A stretch of 64,000 nt of DNA from Bugula neritina (lineage: Eukaryota > Animalia > Bryozoa): the NCBI GenBank assembly GCA_964035545.1, contig OZ037765.1:17670995-17734994 (forward strand). The letters run 5' to 3'. Below the pieces are notes generated by a model. The model did not search any database. It saw only the letters and a list, made by a program, of their open reading frames with translations, and had not been told where the DNA came from. The position numbers and the translations under genes were made by a program. Every line of letters starts with the position of its first letter. Position 1 is the first letter of the stretch. Positions 40,508-55,500 of the stretch are shown piece after piece.

Positions 40508-43500
40508 TCAGCACAACTGACAGTTAGCTTGCGCCAAATACCCTTCTAGAAACTTCATAGCATTGGCTTGTAGTCCATTTTGAATGGCTACGGAAAACTG
40601 TAAGTACAATTAGAATATAATTGAGGGTGCAATAAAACTGCTAACATACTTAAACATTGTGTATGATTGCTAGTGTTAGCATGTAATCAGCTGGTGCAAA
40701 TAAAACACAGCTATAAAAATGGCATGTGACAGTCATGGCAGTGTAGGCAGCAGCTTTCTACTCACATGACCAGGATGACTCGCTGACAGAGTTGCTAGCT
40801 GCTTCGCCAGGTTGTGTTTCGCCATTTGCAGATCTCCTTCAACCAACACATTTTCTTTACGGCCAGCAAAAGCAAGCTGTGAATATGCCCCACTGTACTC
40901 TGAAAACACAATAGGGAAGTTTGCATTATTTTATTCCGCTAATTTCAGTCTATGAACTCCCAGAAAATATTCCAAAATGGTTTTATGCATTTGAAGTTGA
41001 ATTCTCCGGACACTACTTTGAGCATGCCGATATCTCTAGTCACACCTTTGTAAGCTGGCCATTATAGACTTCACTAATATGTTATAAACCAGATAATAGG
41101 CTTGAGGCAGGTATATTAGGACAACATTACTTCCACTAGCAAGTACCTAGTAGATGGCTTCAAATTAAATATTTGCTATTTTATGGTCAAGGAGGTTTCC
41201 TCCTTAGCCAATTACTTCTCAAATAGTCAAATTACAAGAACTTATGCACTCTATTTTAATTATTTCAGTGCTAATGCTGAAAAGTGATGATTAAAATTTT
41301 ATGAAGCTTAAATCAGTTTAATATCAAGCAATAACAGTAATAAAAAACTGACTATATGCAAAATTGTAGCTATCTCTTTCTATTTGAAGCAACTTTCAAG
41401 AGCGTTAAATATTAATCAGAAAAGTGTTAATGGTGTACAGAAAGTCAAAGAAACTGTTTTCTTTTTCACTGAATTTAAAACTGCTCAGCTTTTTACTTTT
41501 AATTTTGTTAGAAAACATTTAATGAGCAGCTGTTAAACAAATCTAATTGCCTCCAATATAAAAGTGAACATCACACGCAGATATGTTGAAAAGAGGTTTA
41601 TGTGGCTGAATAGAAAGAGAGATGGATCAGCGTGGAGTCATGTAGCAGTGGGTGAGTTTTGACCCACCTAAATGGGCATAAGCCAGAGTTTATGCAACAC
41701 ATTGATTGACTGCTTTTCTAAACATAATATTTTGGAGAAAATGTTTCATCTGCCCAATAAGCAATTCATGGTTTGAAATTTCTATTGACAAGCTTCCTGT
41801 TAAATATTTGAGGTGACAGGTTTTATCTAAAATTTATCATTAATTTTCTTTACATTGAGAAGTACAAGAGCCACTCATACCTATGATGTATGATTTTCCC
41901 AAACAATCTGTGCATGCAGACTAAGCAGACATGGTGGTTTAATGTATTCTACACCAAAGTGTAAATGCAAATTATCTGTTCCATCATAAAACCATGTGAT
42001 TACAAGCCAGAAACATCATTTACATCAAAATGCAATTAGTGCATTTTCAAATGCATTGTGGGGGAGAGAGAGGGAGTATTGTGCTGGTAAATGCCACATG
42101 AAAATTTTCTGAACCAAAGCTAAAACTCTGGTTCACATAACTAGCAGTTACAGATTTTGGAAGTAGAATTCCCTGCAGCTGAACCCTAGGTGTAGCCAAT
42201 GCACTCTACTCTCCCACCATCAAGTTCCACCTCTGTTTATCAATTTACAGCTTAAGTTCCACAGAGTATTTGTAAACTATACCAGTGTCATCGACTTCTA
42301 TAAAATGTTCTCCAGCAGGCAACTCATCATCTTCAGGTAACTCAAACAGTCCGATTAAGGCTTGTAACAATGGCACCCTAACAACACATGGCAAGAATAT
42401 GGTCACAGCTCAACTGATATGGTGAACCTGATATTACTTATCATTCTGACATAGAGAATACAACTTGAAGATCAGAACAAGTGAATGAGTGGCCCAAGAC
42501 ATGAAACTTATAGCAAGTACCATAGATGTGCGTATTCGCCAGATGGCGCCATTTGCTTAACTTCAGTGAGTATTTTAGTTAAACCCAGTGCGCATATTTT
42601 TCTCTGTGTACATCCAGACACCTTCTGCACGTCCAATATGTAGAGCCTCTCTATCACCATGCCGAACATCCTGTAAAAGAGGCTGTAGTTTAAAAAATAA
42701 ATGGGAGAGGTCTATGAGCTTTATGCATTATTATGATATATATATAAACAACTCTCTATGTGTCATTAGAATATCAAGAGCAAATAAATTGTTCCCAAAA
42801 ATCGGTGAACACAGGAGCACTAATATAGGCAAATAGTAAAGTCCACACCTGGTGATTTGGATGTACATTGGGTTGATAACTATTAATACCAAACAGCTGT
42901 GAAGAGAGGATAAAGAGAAAAATATTTCAGCTCTAGTGTTTTTAGATTACCTGTGCATGTAATTTTAGGATGAGCTATTGCAATGATTAGTCATGCAGAG
43001 CTGTTATACGGTTAATTTACATGTTTATATACAGCACACAGTCATACAGTCAACTTATATGTTTGGCAAATTAGGTAGAACTGATATATATATATAAGTT
43101 TTTATCAAGGCCAGAACACCAATATGTTACATATTACTATCAGTCAATCATTAAAGTAGAACAGTTCACACCATCAGTCACACACACTCAGTGTGAATTA
43201 GTCAGTCAAACTCTGATTTAACAATTTAAAGGATTGCTCTATCTTAGTTTATTACAATCACATTATAATTATGAACTATAATCTAATGTGTATGCAAACA
43301 ATTGTGACTTTGCAAAGGGATATATGCCTAGAAAACAGCTTTTCAAAATTCCAATTTTGAGGGAGGTAAAATTATCAGCCATGAAAAAGAATAGCCTAAT
43401 ACGTGACGTGTGAACGCCAGTAACTATGCTGCACGTGCTAACAATAACGCTAGTATTCAAGGTTGCTGAGCGCAACATCAACCAATAACGCTCAAGCAGT

Positions 43501-46500
43501 TACAGTGCGCTATATAGGTCAGCTTTGGTGCGCCAGTAATATTGCACAATCTGACCTAGTTTAGATCGATCGCAGGCATTCATCCTAAAGAATGCATGTT
43601 TTTGCAATGCTTTTTTCTATGTTTACAAGCAAAATATGGCCTAATGTTATCACATACATGTTATTTAACATGTCAAAAAACTATAGATTGAGATAATTCA
43701 CATTTGCACTTCTATAAATATACAAATTACGAGCTGAAAGATCACATCTCACAGTCATATTTCTATAGTTATTCATTTGTATAGTCACGTGACCAGCAGG
43801 AATGCTGGCGCTGTTACGTCACACTTCCCAGCTCATTTCAAAATCGGCGTTTTGGCTGTTACCAATCTACACCCTCAACTTCAACTAACTTTTTCTACCT
43901 TTGGTCAAATGCTTTTTGTCAATGCATGCTTAGAAAAACACAATATTATGTGTGTTTGACCTAAATGGCCATTTATTAGACAAGATAGAGCAATCCTTTA
44001 ACCACTGCAACTCAACAATTGCCTGCAACTGCAATAAACTTTGAATACTATATGAGCACAGGACTTCCTTGATTATCAATAGAAGATGCTGACTAAACAG
44101 CAACCAGTCTTGAGGTTGTTGTTACAAAATAATCGATGTGAAAGAGTAATTTTTAGCTGTTATTAATTATAGTTGTTTCCAGCGAATTCAGTTATATAGT
44201 GATGTTATGAGGTAACATAGGAAATAAATTTCTATGATTTAATCTGCTTGGTGTTTGCATTTTCTATCACTCAAACTATTATAAATATTATATTATAATA
44301 AACAAATGACAATCAGCCATGAATCCAACAACTTAAAATTTCCAAGAAGCAAATTTTCAGATAGAAATATTTACGACCCAACCCTGTACCACTGAATGTT
44401 GATCCTACGAAGTTACAGTAAGTTGAGATTTATACTTTGCTGAAAAAGTAACATAACATTTTCTCATAAGTGATATTTTTCTAAAAAAAAGTTTTTGTGC
44501 TATAATACAATTAAAGCACACTCTGGTTATCCAACCAATTGATATTGTCAAATTAATAGCAGATGTCAACTTGTTGTAAAACAGTGTAGAAGCACTTTTT
44601 ACCTTTACTGTATCGCCTCTCCTTGCATAAGCTACAACCTAGCTGCCGCTGTCAATAATATACATTTTTTCCTAGCACTGTGACACAAAACTTCATTTTG
44701 TAGAAAATCTAATAAATTCTTATTCAATGTGGGACACAATGAACAGGGAAACAGAACCCTCTTTTTCAACTGATTTGTGAGCCTCCCCCCCCCCCCATAC
44801 TTATTATAAGCACGCTCAGTTATATAGTTTACTTGTATGACAAGACACGCACATATTGCCTAATGTAATATTATACAGTCAGTAGCGAGCAACAGACATG
44901 GTATGACAACTACTACGTACTTGGGTTGAATTGACTCCACAACATCCACCAACCTCTGAGCACCACACATTACACAGTAGAATGAGAAGAACGTCAGCAT
45001 TCCTGCAATAAATTATTTGATTAATAACAAAATTAAACAGAAACAAATTACACAGTCTGGGTTTGCGCTAATTTCTCTCATAAAATATTCACATATTATC
45101 ACGTTACCTACATACAATATACTATGCAGTTTCATTCATTTAAAATCACCAGAAGCAAACAATTTTTGAAAAAAAATTGATAAATAATCTAAATACGTAG
45201 CATTCTCATTATACTTGAAAACGTAGATATGTATAATTATCAAATACTCAATTGCGATAATTTTTAAACTTAATTTTATTGTTGAACCTACTTTGACCTA
45301 TTATGCAACATGTACAGGAATGGAAGTTACTTGCATGTGGATACCCAACTGATTGTTGATTGATTACAACTTGCTGGCTGGCCAACATACTCAACATAAA
45401 TTACAAAATAAAAAAAACTTGCCTTTTACAAATTTAGTAGTTTTAGAGCTGGTCAACCTCTGAAATAGCAACATGAATATCTGTTTGGTGTATGAAGACA
45501 TCTTCTCCCTTTAAAAATATTACAAATGTTTGTAGATCTGCTACATAACATAAAGACAATACACTTTGTACTAGCAGCAAACAGCTGTAGAGAGAAGCAT
45601 GGGGAAGGTGAAGACTGAAAGGGAGATAAAGTTAGTAGATTGAAGCCAATGAGACTGGTTTCTGCTGCAAGCAGTTAACAACAAAATAAAATGTTTACCC
45701 TGATACTAGCATAAGATACTATTGTGACAATAAGATCTGCAGTTTGAGATGTTGCATTATATACAAATATGATTGAAGGAGATAAAAACGAAATAATTAG
45801 AGTAAACTTACTGGGGAACTTTCTGAATGATGGTGCTGAGAAGATCGAACCCGTGGTTGTCATTAGTTTTAGATGCAATCAGCTTTTGAAATATTCCCAG
45901 CAGACCTTCCTACATGTAAAAGAATTTGTTTAGAGAAACATTCATGAGCTGAGAAATGGCAACAAAGCAAGCAGCAGAACTATTGAATATATGGATTATC
46001 AAGCGGAATTTCAGAAATATATTCTGGCTATTTAGAGGCAGAGTAATGACTACAAACAATCCATTACTAAAACTTATTATTGGACAGACAATTAAGGCCT
46101 TTGGTAATCTAAACATGTTTTCAATAAATAAAGACAATGTTAAAACAAAATTTAATCTAATCTTTTAAAAACTTCCTAAACTATAAATGTGAAACAAAGA
46201 CAGTAGCTGTGAGCACACAAAACACCGGGCACGCCCCCTACCAGTTTCCCTAGGATTTGATCTCCTCCCTTCTCCACGTAGGCTCGTAGAAGTCTGACCA
46301 GGGGAGGAATATTCCCCATTCTCTCCCATAATACTGGAGCCAGTAGAAATGTGTAGAGTCCAGCATAGCTTTCAGGAATTGTGCCCTCGTGCATCTCCAA
46401 CATCAGTGACAGGATTTGGAACACGTAGGGAATAAACTCTGTGAAATCAAAGGCACATGTAATCTATTTATTATTAAGCATGTGTTAAAATAATGATACT

Positions 46501-49500
46501 AGACTTGAAGAAATTTGCCATAATAAATACATTAATGAGAAGCTAACCTGTTTTGCTCTTTTCAAAACCATATAAAGATAATCAGCATGAAGTGAAATTA
46601 ATAACATAAAGTTTTAGATAACACCAATTAGTGAATGTACATAAAATACTCATAATACAATAATGATGCATACCATAGCTAATAATACAATAAAAATATA
46701 ACAATACTATAATAGCAAATAGCACTGAAGGTTTATCTATGATCAAATAAACATGTCAAAAGCAACATCAAACATTTATCAACTCATACAAAGACAACTG
46801 GATAGAAGTGAGAAAAACTTACCAGTGACATCTTGTTGAAGTATCTCCGTGAAAGGTGGGAAGAGATTCTCTTCAAATACAGATACGCGGGAGTTGTCGG
46901 TCTTGCACGTGTTTCTGATACAAATGCATATAGACTCAAACAAGTAGTGGTTGAAGTGGGGCTTGCTCGGGTTCTATAGAAATATCAACCACAATACAGT
47001 GACGGTTTAAACAGTCATTCAGATCTTGTTACAGATACAGTTAACAGACCAACTTTATAACATCTAAATAAAATTTACTTGACATAAATGTTAATAATAA
47101 TCTTATGCATAGACTGAGCTAACTAACACTTTATACAGCGGCGTAAGAACCACAAAAGCAGCACTACTGCTCAGATGAAATTGTGTGCTGCTCACGTTTT
47201 AATAAAATAAGATAAAAATGATTATTCTAGAATTACCAAAGATAAGTTTCACAATATGTAATCTCCAGGGAGCAAACCAAGTGCTCAGGTGTTATTCATA
47301 CGTGTGGGCACACACCATTACTTTCAGTAGTAAATGTAAGACTGGCTAACCTTGGCTACGAGCATTAGTTTCTCGGTGAGTGCACTGACTACAACCTGCA
47401 CAACAGGAATTATCTTCTCTTGCAACAGAGACATTGTCCTCATGATAGACTTCATGATATACTCGTTCTCTTCGCTCCCCTTATGAGTCATGGCCGAGAA
47501 GAGATTGCTGAGGAGTGTCTCGGCACACGAGTCTAAAGACTCTTTGGTAACTCTGTGTATAAATGACTGAGGTGTTACCAGACTATTAAACTGCTAAAGA
47601 GGAGACAACTCAGGTACAGCACATTTTATTTCACTTTAATTCTCATTACTTCTGATATCAGATATTCTAATATTACATCAGATATAATTTCTACAACGTA
47701 TTCCTGCTAAAGATATTTATGGTAAGAGCACTTACAATAACGCTATGTAAAACCATTGCACTTGTTCCAATTACAGTAAACAAAGAGTATATATGAGTAT
47801 AATTCAATATAAAGTATATGAAATTCGAACATGAAATGTAAAAGTAATGAAGCACTTACAATGGCAATCCATTGCCAGCTTTCAGAGTGAAGATTCGCTC
47901 TATGCAGTGAGCGCTGTAACTGTGTACCACGTAGCTCTCAGCTCTCAGTAACCCTATGAGTTTAGGGATCACCTGGTGCCAGACATCCTGCGGCAGCTGG
48001 GAAATAAATAAACCCTATTGGCTTACAGACACAAAGTCATCAGAACTCTGTATTTGTAATTCTGCAAGTGGCGTTCTAGGTAAGATAGAATGAAATAGGA
48101 GCTTGTTTTCATATCGGCGCAAAACATTAGAAAACCCGACGCTATTACTGATCTACCAATAAAATATATTAATATTAGAAAATATCCAACATGAAATGTC
48201 TAGCAAATAAAATTTTATGCGCAAAATTTTTAAATTGCGGCCACAAATATTTAGGAAACTCAGAAAGCAGTGACTTTGATTTCCAAACGAATCATCACAT
48301 ATAAGTAATGGGAAGCAAGAGGTAAAAATCAACATTCTCATTATTGATAGTTTTAAAATTTAGGAGCTGCTGCTATTGTTTAACTTCGACTTAATAGCAC
48401 AGCACAAATTTTCAACATTATATTTGTTCAAACTTTAAAACGCTGAATCCCCAGTTGTTTGAAAAAAAGAAGACAATTCCCAATAATAAAAAACCTTTCA
48501 ATTATAGTTATATTTTGTTAAAACTATTTAGTTTACAACTTTTGCTGGTAGAATGGACATCATTAGTGACATAATAAATAAAATGCTACACTCCACATAG
48601 TTGACCTACCATGTTTCTGAATGTCATAGTATACTTTACGGCGTCAGATTTTAAAACTGGGAACGCGTTGACATCATCCCGATCCAACTCGGGTAGAATA
48701 TTGGCTTTGAAAAAGTCTACGATGTTGACAAGTTCGCTAGTCTGTGTAATTCCATGCTACAATTGAAGATAGAAGGTAACAGCCCCACTCATTAGCGCCT
48801 CAATATGTAGAGGCACATAATAGTTTAGACTTTAGGGTGTCATTGAATCAGGGAGTAATGACTTAGCCCAACAGATCAATGCAGTGGATACTTATATTAA
48901 TTAGTAATGCAATATATTGAACATCTGATAAGAACAAGGATTGCCTATTAATAATAATGAATTTGTCTATGAACCTGTAGAACTTAATGTAAACTGAGCT
49001 GTCAGATAAAGAACCACAACAATATACAATGGCTGTCTAACATGACAGGCATGTTATAATGCATCTAGATGATGCTTACTTTTTGGGTTTTAGCTTTAGC
49101 AGCTAGGGTGGTTACAAGGTATATTGCAGTATCTTTACATTTCCAGTTAGCCTGTGGGTCTTTGGCATACTCTACTAGCATTGCTTCTACGTACTGAGAA
49201 AAGTTCTGAATTACGGGTCCCTCAAACTGCTTGATAAGAGCTCGGACTAAATCACAAGCCGCTCGCCTTCTTGTGTCCACATCTACACAACACACCAGCA
49301 CTCATATACAAATTCATTACTTATAAGCTGCATGACATAGTCTCAAATTTTCAAGTTTCTAAGTAAATGAGAGTTTGCCACTCTTTGAAGCATCATACAC
49401 TGGTCTTACAATATTGCAATGAAATATGGCTGAATATCACTATTTCACTTGAACTATGTGAGTATCACTATGACTATAAGTAAATACTCTTAGAACTTGC

Positions 49501-52500
49501 ACTATCTCTGCTTCACTTCATTAGCATATGATGAGAGTAGGCTAGTATATCCCACCATCAAAGTCTTAAAATAGTATATTCTGAGTAGAAAACCATTTGC
49601 ATTGTTAGATTTTATCTTCACAAAGTTACCTGAGCCTTCAATGTCTCTCCTAATATACTCCTCAGGGTTATCTTCAAACTGCTCTTCATCTTCGTCTAAA
49701 ACAACAGTCTCTACATTACATGACGGCTACATTATATGCCAGCCAGAGGCAATACTGGATGTAGATCCAAACATTTTTACATTAAATTTTGTCCAAAATA
49801 GCTTCAAATTCGTTTCTTTTTTCACTTTTAAAATATTTATTTTTTATGCTAAGCTTCATATCAGGTTTGTGATGTAAGTTGTGCATGTTTGTTGAGCAGC
49901 CATCAAGTCCAGCCACATATTTGGCTGACAACATATAAAGCATGGCGTCCTTTTAGAAGAGTTTCAATTTTTACTTCTGAGTTTTAATTTCAGAATAAAG
50001 CTGTACGAGTCTATCATTAGTTAAACGCCGTTCAGGATGTCTTGACAGAATATTTGCAATGAGTAGGTGAAGAAGTCAAGAGTGCCTCATGCTTGGAGTA
50101 AGAAAATAATTCCAAACTGATTGATTTAAAATTCCACGCACCAATTTTGATGGCTGGAGTTGAGAGTTTTGAAAAAATCTTTACAAAATAAGTGTATATA
50201 ATATGACGATATTATTCAGCTGTAAAAGCAAGTATGTTTGTCCTTTATATTATTAAGACAGTGATATCAATATGATAAGTTTTTGAATGTCTGGTATTGC
50301 TAAAACTTTTTCTCAAGGTTTTTATCTACATAACCGTTGCCACTGGTTTATGCATATGACAGCAATGTGCATTAAGATAATACAGTCAAACTTGAAACAT
50401 ACATCAAAGTTATACAAACATGCATGAGAACTTTGACCACACTACCTCTAAACTCCATATTTGGTACAATGACACTCTGACAGATACTGTTGATCACGTT
50501 GCCATCAGCGAACAAGTGCTTGTTGGAAGGTCGGTCAGCCACTTGAGCCAAAAACTGTATAGCATTGCTGACTAACTACAAACAGAGTCAGCTGACTTAC
50601 AGAACGCAATCTGTGGCCAATCACAGACAAGTATAGAATATAGAATACAGCAGCCAATGAAAAGAAAGGTACAAGAGATATGGGAGGTGTGACTGATAGG
50701 GAAGCTACCAACCAGGTCGTACTTCAATTGTTTGCCACATGAGACTAGCAGATTCCACACATCTGTGACTAATACAGGTAAATGTGGGGCAAACTCTTCA
50801 CCGTACTTCTGTGCGTACATAGCAATGTTGTCGCAGATCTGTGACTTGCATTGCTCAATCAAACCAGCTTCATCTTCAGCCTACAGCAAGTAACATCCAT
50901 ATATTCTGTAATCTATATGAACAAGTTATGAACAAGTGAAATAGAACAAATGCCTGCAGTCTTTGACTTTATGGTTCACTGTAACTGATAAAATGAAAAG
51001 GAATTATGAGACAAGTTTACTACTAGTTCTGTTCAGCAATAGTCTTCAGAGAATCAGTCCAGGACACTGAGATAGAAACTTTCAGTGAAGTTGGCAAAAT
51101 GAAACACAGCAGTGAAAGCAGTCTAGCCTAGTCTGTACATATAACTGAAGATGTTTCTATTTTCCTACAGAGAAGTAGAGGTGAGACTTCTCAAAGCATA
51201 AAGCGATTGTTCGTAGCTAATAATTGATCTGGAAAGGAGGTGCCAGCTGAATAATATACATAACTACTTGGTTCTTTATTGGAGGAATATTCCTCTTGCG
51301 TGGATGTAGTATTCCTTTGGTATCATTTATTTCATTTTGGATACAGGAGTTCATGAAAAAGTTTTTATATATATGCTCAGAATTGACTCAAGTAAATGTG
51401 GTGGGAGACCATCTATGGAGCAATAAGGGTCAAAAATACTAAATCAAAGTAGTGTGATTGATTAGAATTGAAACCATCACCCGTAGCACGACAGAGGAAA
51501 TAAGTTAATGTAAGTGGTAATTCATGTCAGTGTTACGCAAAAATTGATTTCAAATAGAATGAACGTGAAACTATGAAGCAATTTTGTAGCATTAATCATT
51601 AATAACAACCTTTTCCTTACAAACGCACAGCAAAAATTGATCTATATGCAAACCTCATTAAGTAAGTGATACAGATTTTTCTAGACTTGTTGAGATCCAC
51701 AGCATTTTACAATAAATAAGCTGCAGAAATGGTTATGCTGATAAAACTCCTACTGTTTGCATAAGCAGCCCATTTTCAGCCTTTATCTGACAAAATGGAG
51801 CCATTTTATTGTCAACAGCAGTTCAAACTGCTTTCAGTTCATATGCATTTGTATGACATACAGTGCTGTGAAAAAGTTTAAGGACGGCTCGTTGTTTTCC
51901 ATAATAGCAATGTTCCAAGCTAATTTTAAGACATAACAAAAGCATTTCCATAGGCATGATGCCTATCAAAATGATCCTTAAGGTCTTCTTATTTCATTTA
52001 TATAAATTATTAGTGTCTCTTTTCACTTCCTTCCAAAATTTGGGTGAAACAATGAGATACTATGCATATATGGGAATTATTCGATGTTTTCATAATTTGT
52101 GTGTACTGTAGGATATCAGAATATTTTATTTGAAACATAGAAAAATATTATATGTGAATTGCTATACACATTATAGCAGTATTGCAACACACAGTGTTTT
52201 AAATTTTGGTATCAATGTTTTGTTGGCCAGCCTTTATTCTCAATCACAAGTCGGCAGCGAGGAGGCATCAACTCGTACAGCTTCTCCAACTTGTTTTCAG
52301 TCACGACTTGATGCTATGCATGAATTACAGGCTCTATGAGTTTCACTTTAGTTGTTGGCTCCTGTGAGGAGACTATTTTAGCTATTCTTGATCATGAATT
52401 TCTTATTGGGTTCAAGTCCTGGCTTTGTGCTGACCAGTTAAGCGTTGAGACCATCTGCTTTTTCATACACTTTTCAACAGTTTTTGCCCAATGGCATGGT

Positions 52501-55500
52501 GCATTGTCATCTTCAAATATGTTAATTTTATTGAAAAAGAAGTTTTTTATGATTGGAAGAAGTTTAGCATTGAGATTCTCCATATATTGTTAGGCATTAA
52601 CATCATTCCAGAGCAATTACTGAGTCGACCTGAACCTTTTGATGTTATACAACCCCAGAGCATAATACCGATAGGGTGCTTAATTGTTCGAAGAATACAT
52701 TGACGGTTATATTCCTCATACTGGTATCTTCTAACAAAACAGTGTCCAGCTTGATTGTTTACATAAAATTTAGATTAATCTGAAATAATTACTTTTTTCT
52801 AATCATTCACTGTCTAACTACCATGCTCCTTGGCCCACCGTAGCCGGTTTTTTTGCTACTTCTTGGTCAGTAGAGGCTTTCTTCTTGCTTTGCAGCCATG
52901 TAGACCATGGCTCAGCAATCTTCGCCTTATCTGGGATGTCGAAGCTGCTGTTCCTGTTGATTCTGAGCATTCTTTGCCTACTCAAAACTTGTTTTATGAC
53001 GATCTTTCTTGCTGATCCTAATGAGAACCTTGTCATCTATGGGTAGGCTTATTCTTGGTCGCCCACTTCTAGGTTGATCTGCTACACTGCCAGTCTCCAT
53101 AAACCTCTTGATAATTTGATGTACAGTTGTCTTTGCTTTGCCAACCTTTTCAGATAATTTCCTAATTGAATAACCTTTGTTATGCAAGAAAATTATTACA
53201 AACCTTCTTTTGAAGTAAGATTTACGGCTCTCATTTTGTCTATGCGCATCACCTAACTGGACACCATGTAAAAGCTTACAACTAAATGACAGATTTCAAA
53301 TTATAGAAGAAAGTCATACTTTATGATATCATGATACCATGCACAAAGTCAAGTTTCACTGTTTAGCCTTTTGTGGTTATCAGAAGCAATAAACTTTGGA
53401 AACATAAAAACACAGGAGTTGCGCTTTCTTAGCTGCTTGTGTAGTTAGCCCGAAAATGGGTGGAAAACATTACAGCAGTAGAAATTTATGAGGAGGAAAT
53501 TGTAGTGCACATTCTAAGAATCATCTTGATATATAGAACTTGCAGAAAAATACTAAGAACTTCCAAGAAATGCCTGTTAAACAAGATACATAGGAATTTC
53601 TGCAAGCGTCCTTAAACTTTTTCACAGCACTGTATATATGACATATATACAAGCGTTTACCAGTTCAACAAAATGTTTGAAATTTTCTGTTGCTTATATT
53701 TTTAATGGAAATGCTAATATTGGGGTTAAGTTTTTTATGGAAATATGAAACTATAGTTTTCATTGAGAAAGAGAAGTGATTGTGGGTAATGATTCTTCTC
53801 AACCGTTGACAGGATATCTCACCATTACAGGACTGTAAGTTCAAGTAAAGACAAAACCTCAGTGTTACAATCTGTGCCAGTGACTAACCTGGTTAGACAG
53901 CATGTTATGATCTGTTGTCAGGAGAGTGTGAAAATGTTCCATCCAGCACTTCATGTTGTCCTCAAAAAATTCTGGTAAGTCCTGAAACACATATTTTGAT
54001 TACTCAATGCTCTGAACATTGTGCTTCAGGTAAAAGATATTTCTTTTAAACTTTTTCAAATAGAAACTCGAAACGTATATAATGAGTGAACAATGCCGTT
54101 TTTTCCTTCAAGTAAGCTTCTTGTGTTAAACAGCTCTAGGAAAATCAATCAACAACTTATTTAAAATATTATGTACAGCATGTATATATGATTGTCTTTA
54201 AACCCTCCTTTTTGGTCCATATTATTGCAGACTCGATGGTATAACTTCAATTATAACTCATAACCAAATTACTTTGTCAAAACGAAACTACAAATTAGAA
54301 TAACACGAAAAAATTTACAAGTTCAGCAAAATGCCTTTGGATATCTTTCCTCCACAGTAAATCTAAACAAACAAATCCGTTATTCATATGATTTGTTAAA
54401 ATAATGGGCAACTATGTATATCAAATAACCTGGGCATTGAGACTGTAGAATATCTTGCAGATAAATACTAAAGAGCTGAAAAGAATTCGAAGAACCTCCT
54501 GACTACCCGAATGCTCCTTCACCAAATTCATCGTCTCCTAAACACAAAACAAATAACAGTAAACTGAAAAGCCAACATAAACGAAACTAATCATATGCAA
54601 AAAGTCTAATAAATACAAAACTAGATGACTTCTTTAATGTTACCAAGTTGTGCCAAATCCTAACAGAATGCAGCTTAAGCAAATGTCTGGCAATAGTTTT
54701 ATTAGAAAACTTGTATATACTTGTGATAAAAAATTGCTACACATTACATAGACTGTCCTACTAACATTGAAGAGGCTCGTGAGAGGCTGAGCAAATTGAT
54801 CCAAGACGAACTTGATCTCTAACCAAAGCTCATCACATTTAAACTCATGACGATACCTAAAATGAATAGTTGAGATATTGTCCATGACTTCAAATATGCT
54901 GTCAGAATATAAATGGGTGGTTTAATGGTGAAAGTTGCTGATTGACTTGAAGATTCGAAAAAAAGCAGGAAACCATGACAATACTATTCATGGGTGGTGA
55001 TTTATAGTCCTCAGTTAGCTATGAGCAAAAACAATCATTTGATGACAGTGGCCATGTTTTGAAATCTTTAGCAGCTGGAAAGAGGGAAGTGTGTTCTATA
55101 GTTGCTTTGAAAGTTTAAAGCTCCTACTAGCACAGTGCAAGAATAGATGCAAAACCCTTGCAGTCACTTTAGCAAATTTAAACTAAATGTACCTGCTCTT
55201 TCTTTCCAGGCCTACATGACAAAATTTCGATATCATACGTAAAAATTAGACTTATAGTAATTAAATGCATTTTTCTTATAGCATACAAGGAGAGAAATTA
55301 AATAATTAAATACAAAAAACAATTATTCTGAGTTAACATTTAATGAGTCCGAACAAATACCTTCTGAACACAGAATGTGCTGTACGAAGCACACCATTGA
55401 TTATGTGAAAGTTTCCAGACTGTAACTTGGTTACCATATCAGATATCAATGTGGGCCACTTGTTTGGAAAGTCTTCCCGGCCAATAATACTTATGGCATC

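Noticed and set aside
41620-41700. Possible second SINE head (tggctgaatag...gtgagttttgaccc)
   Set aside because: Too degenerate; no TSD or body similarity established.
49525-49590. ATGATGA...CTGA as a C/D box snoRNA (similar pairs at about 8966 and 13532)
   Set aside because: Too short, no terminal stem, and this one is antisense to the host gene.
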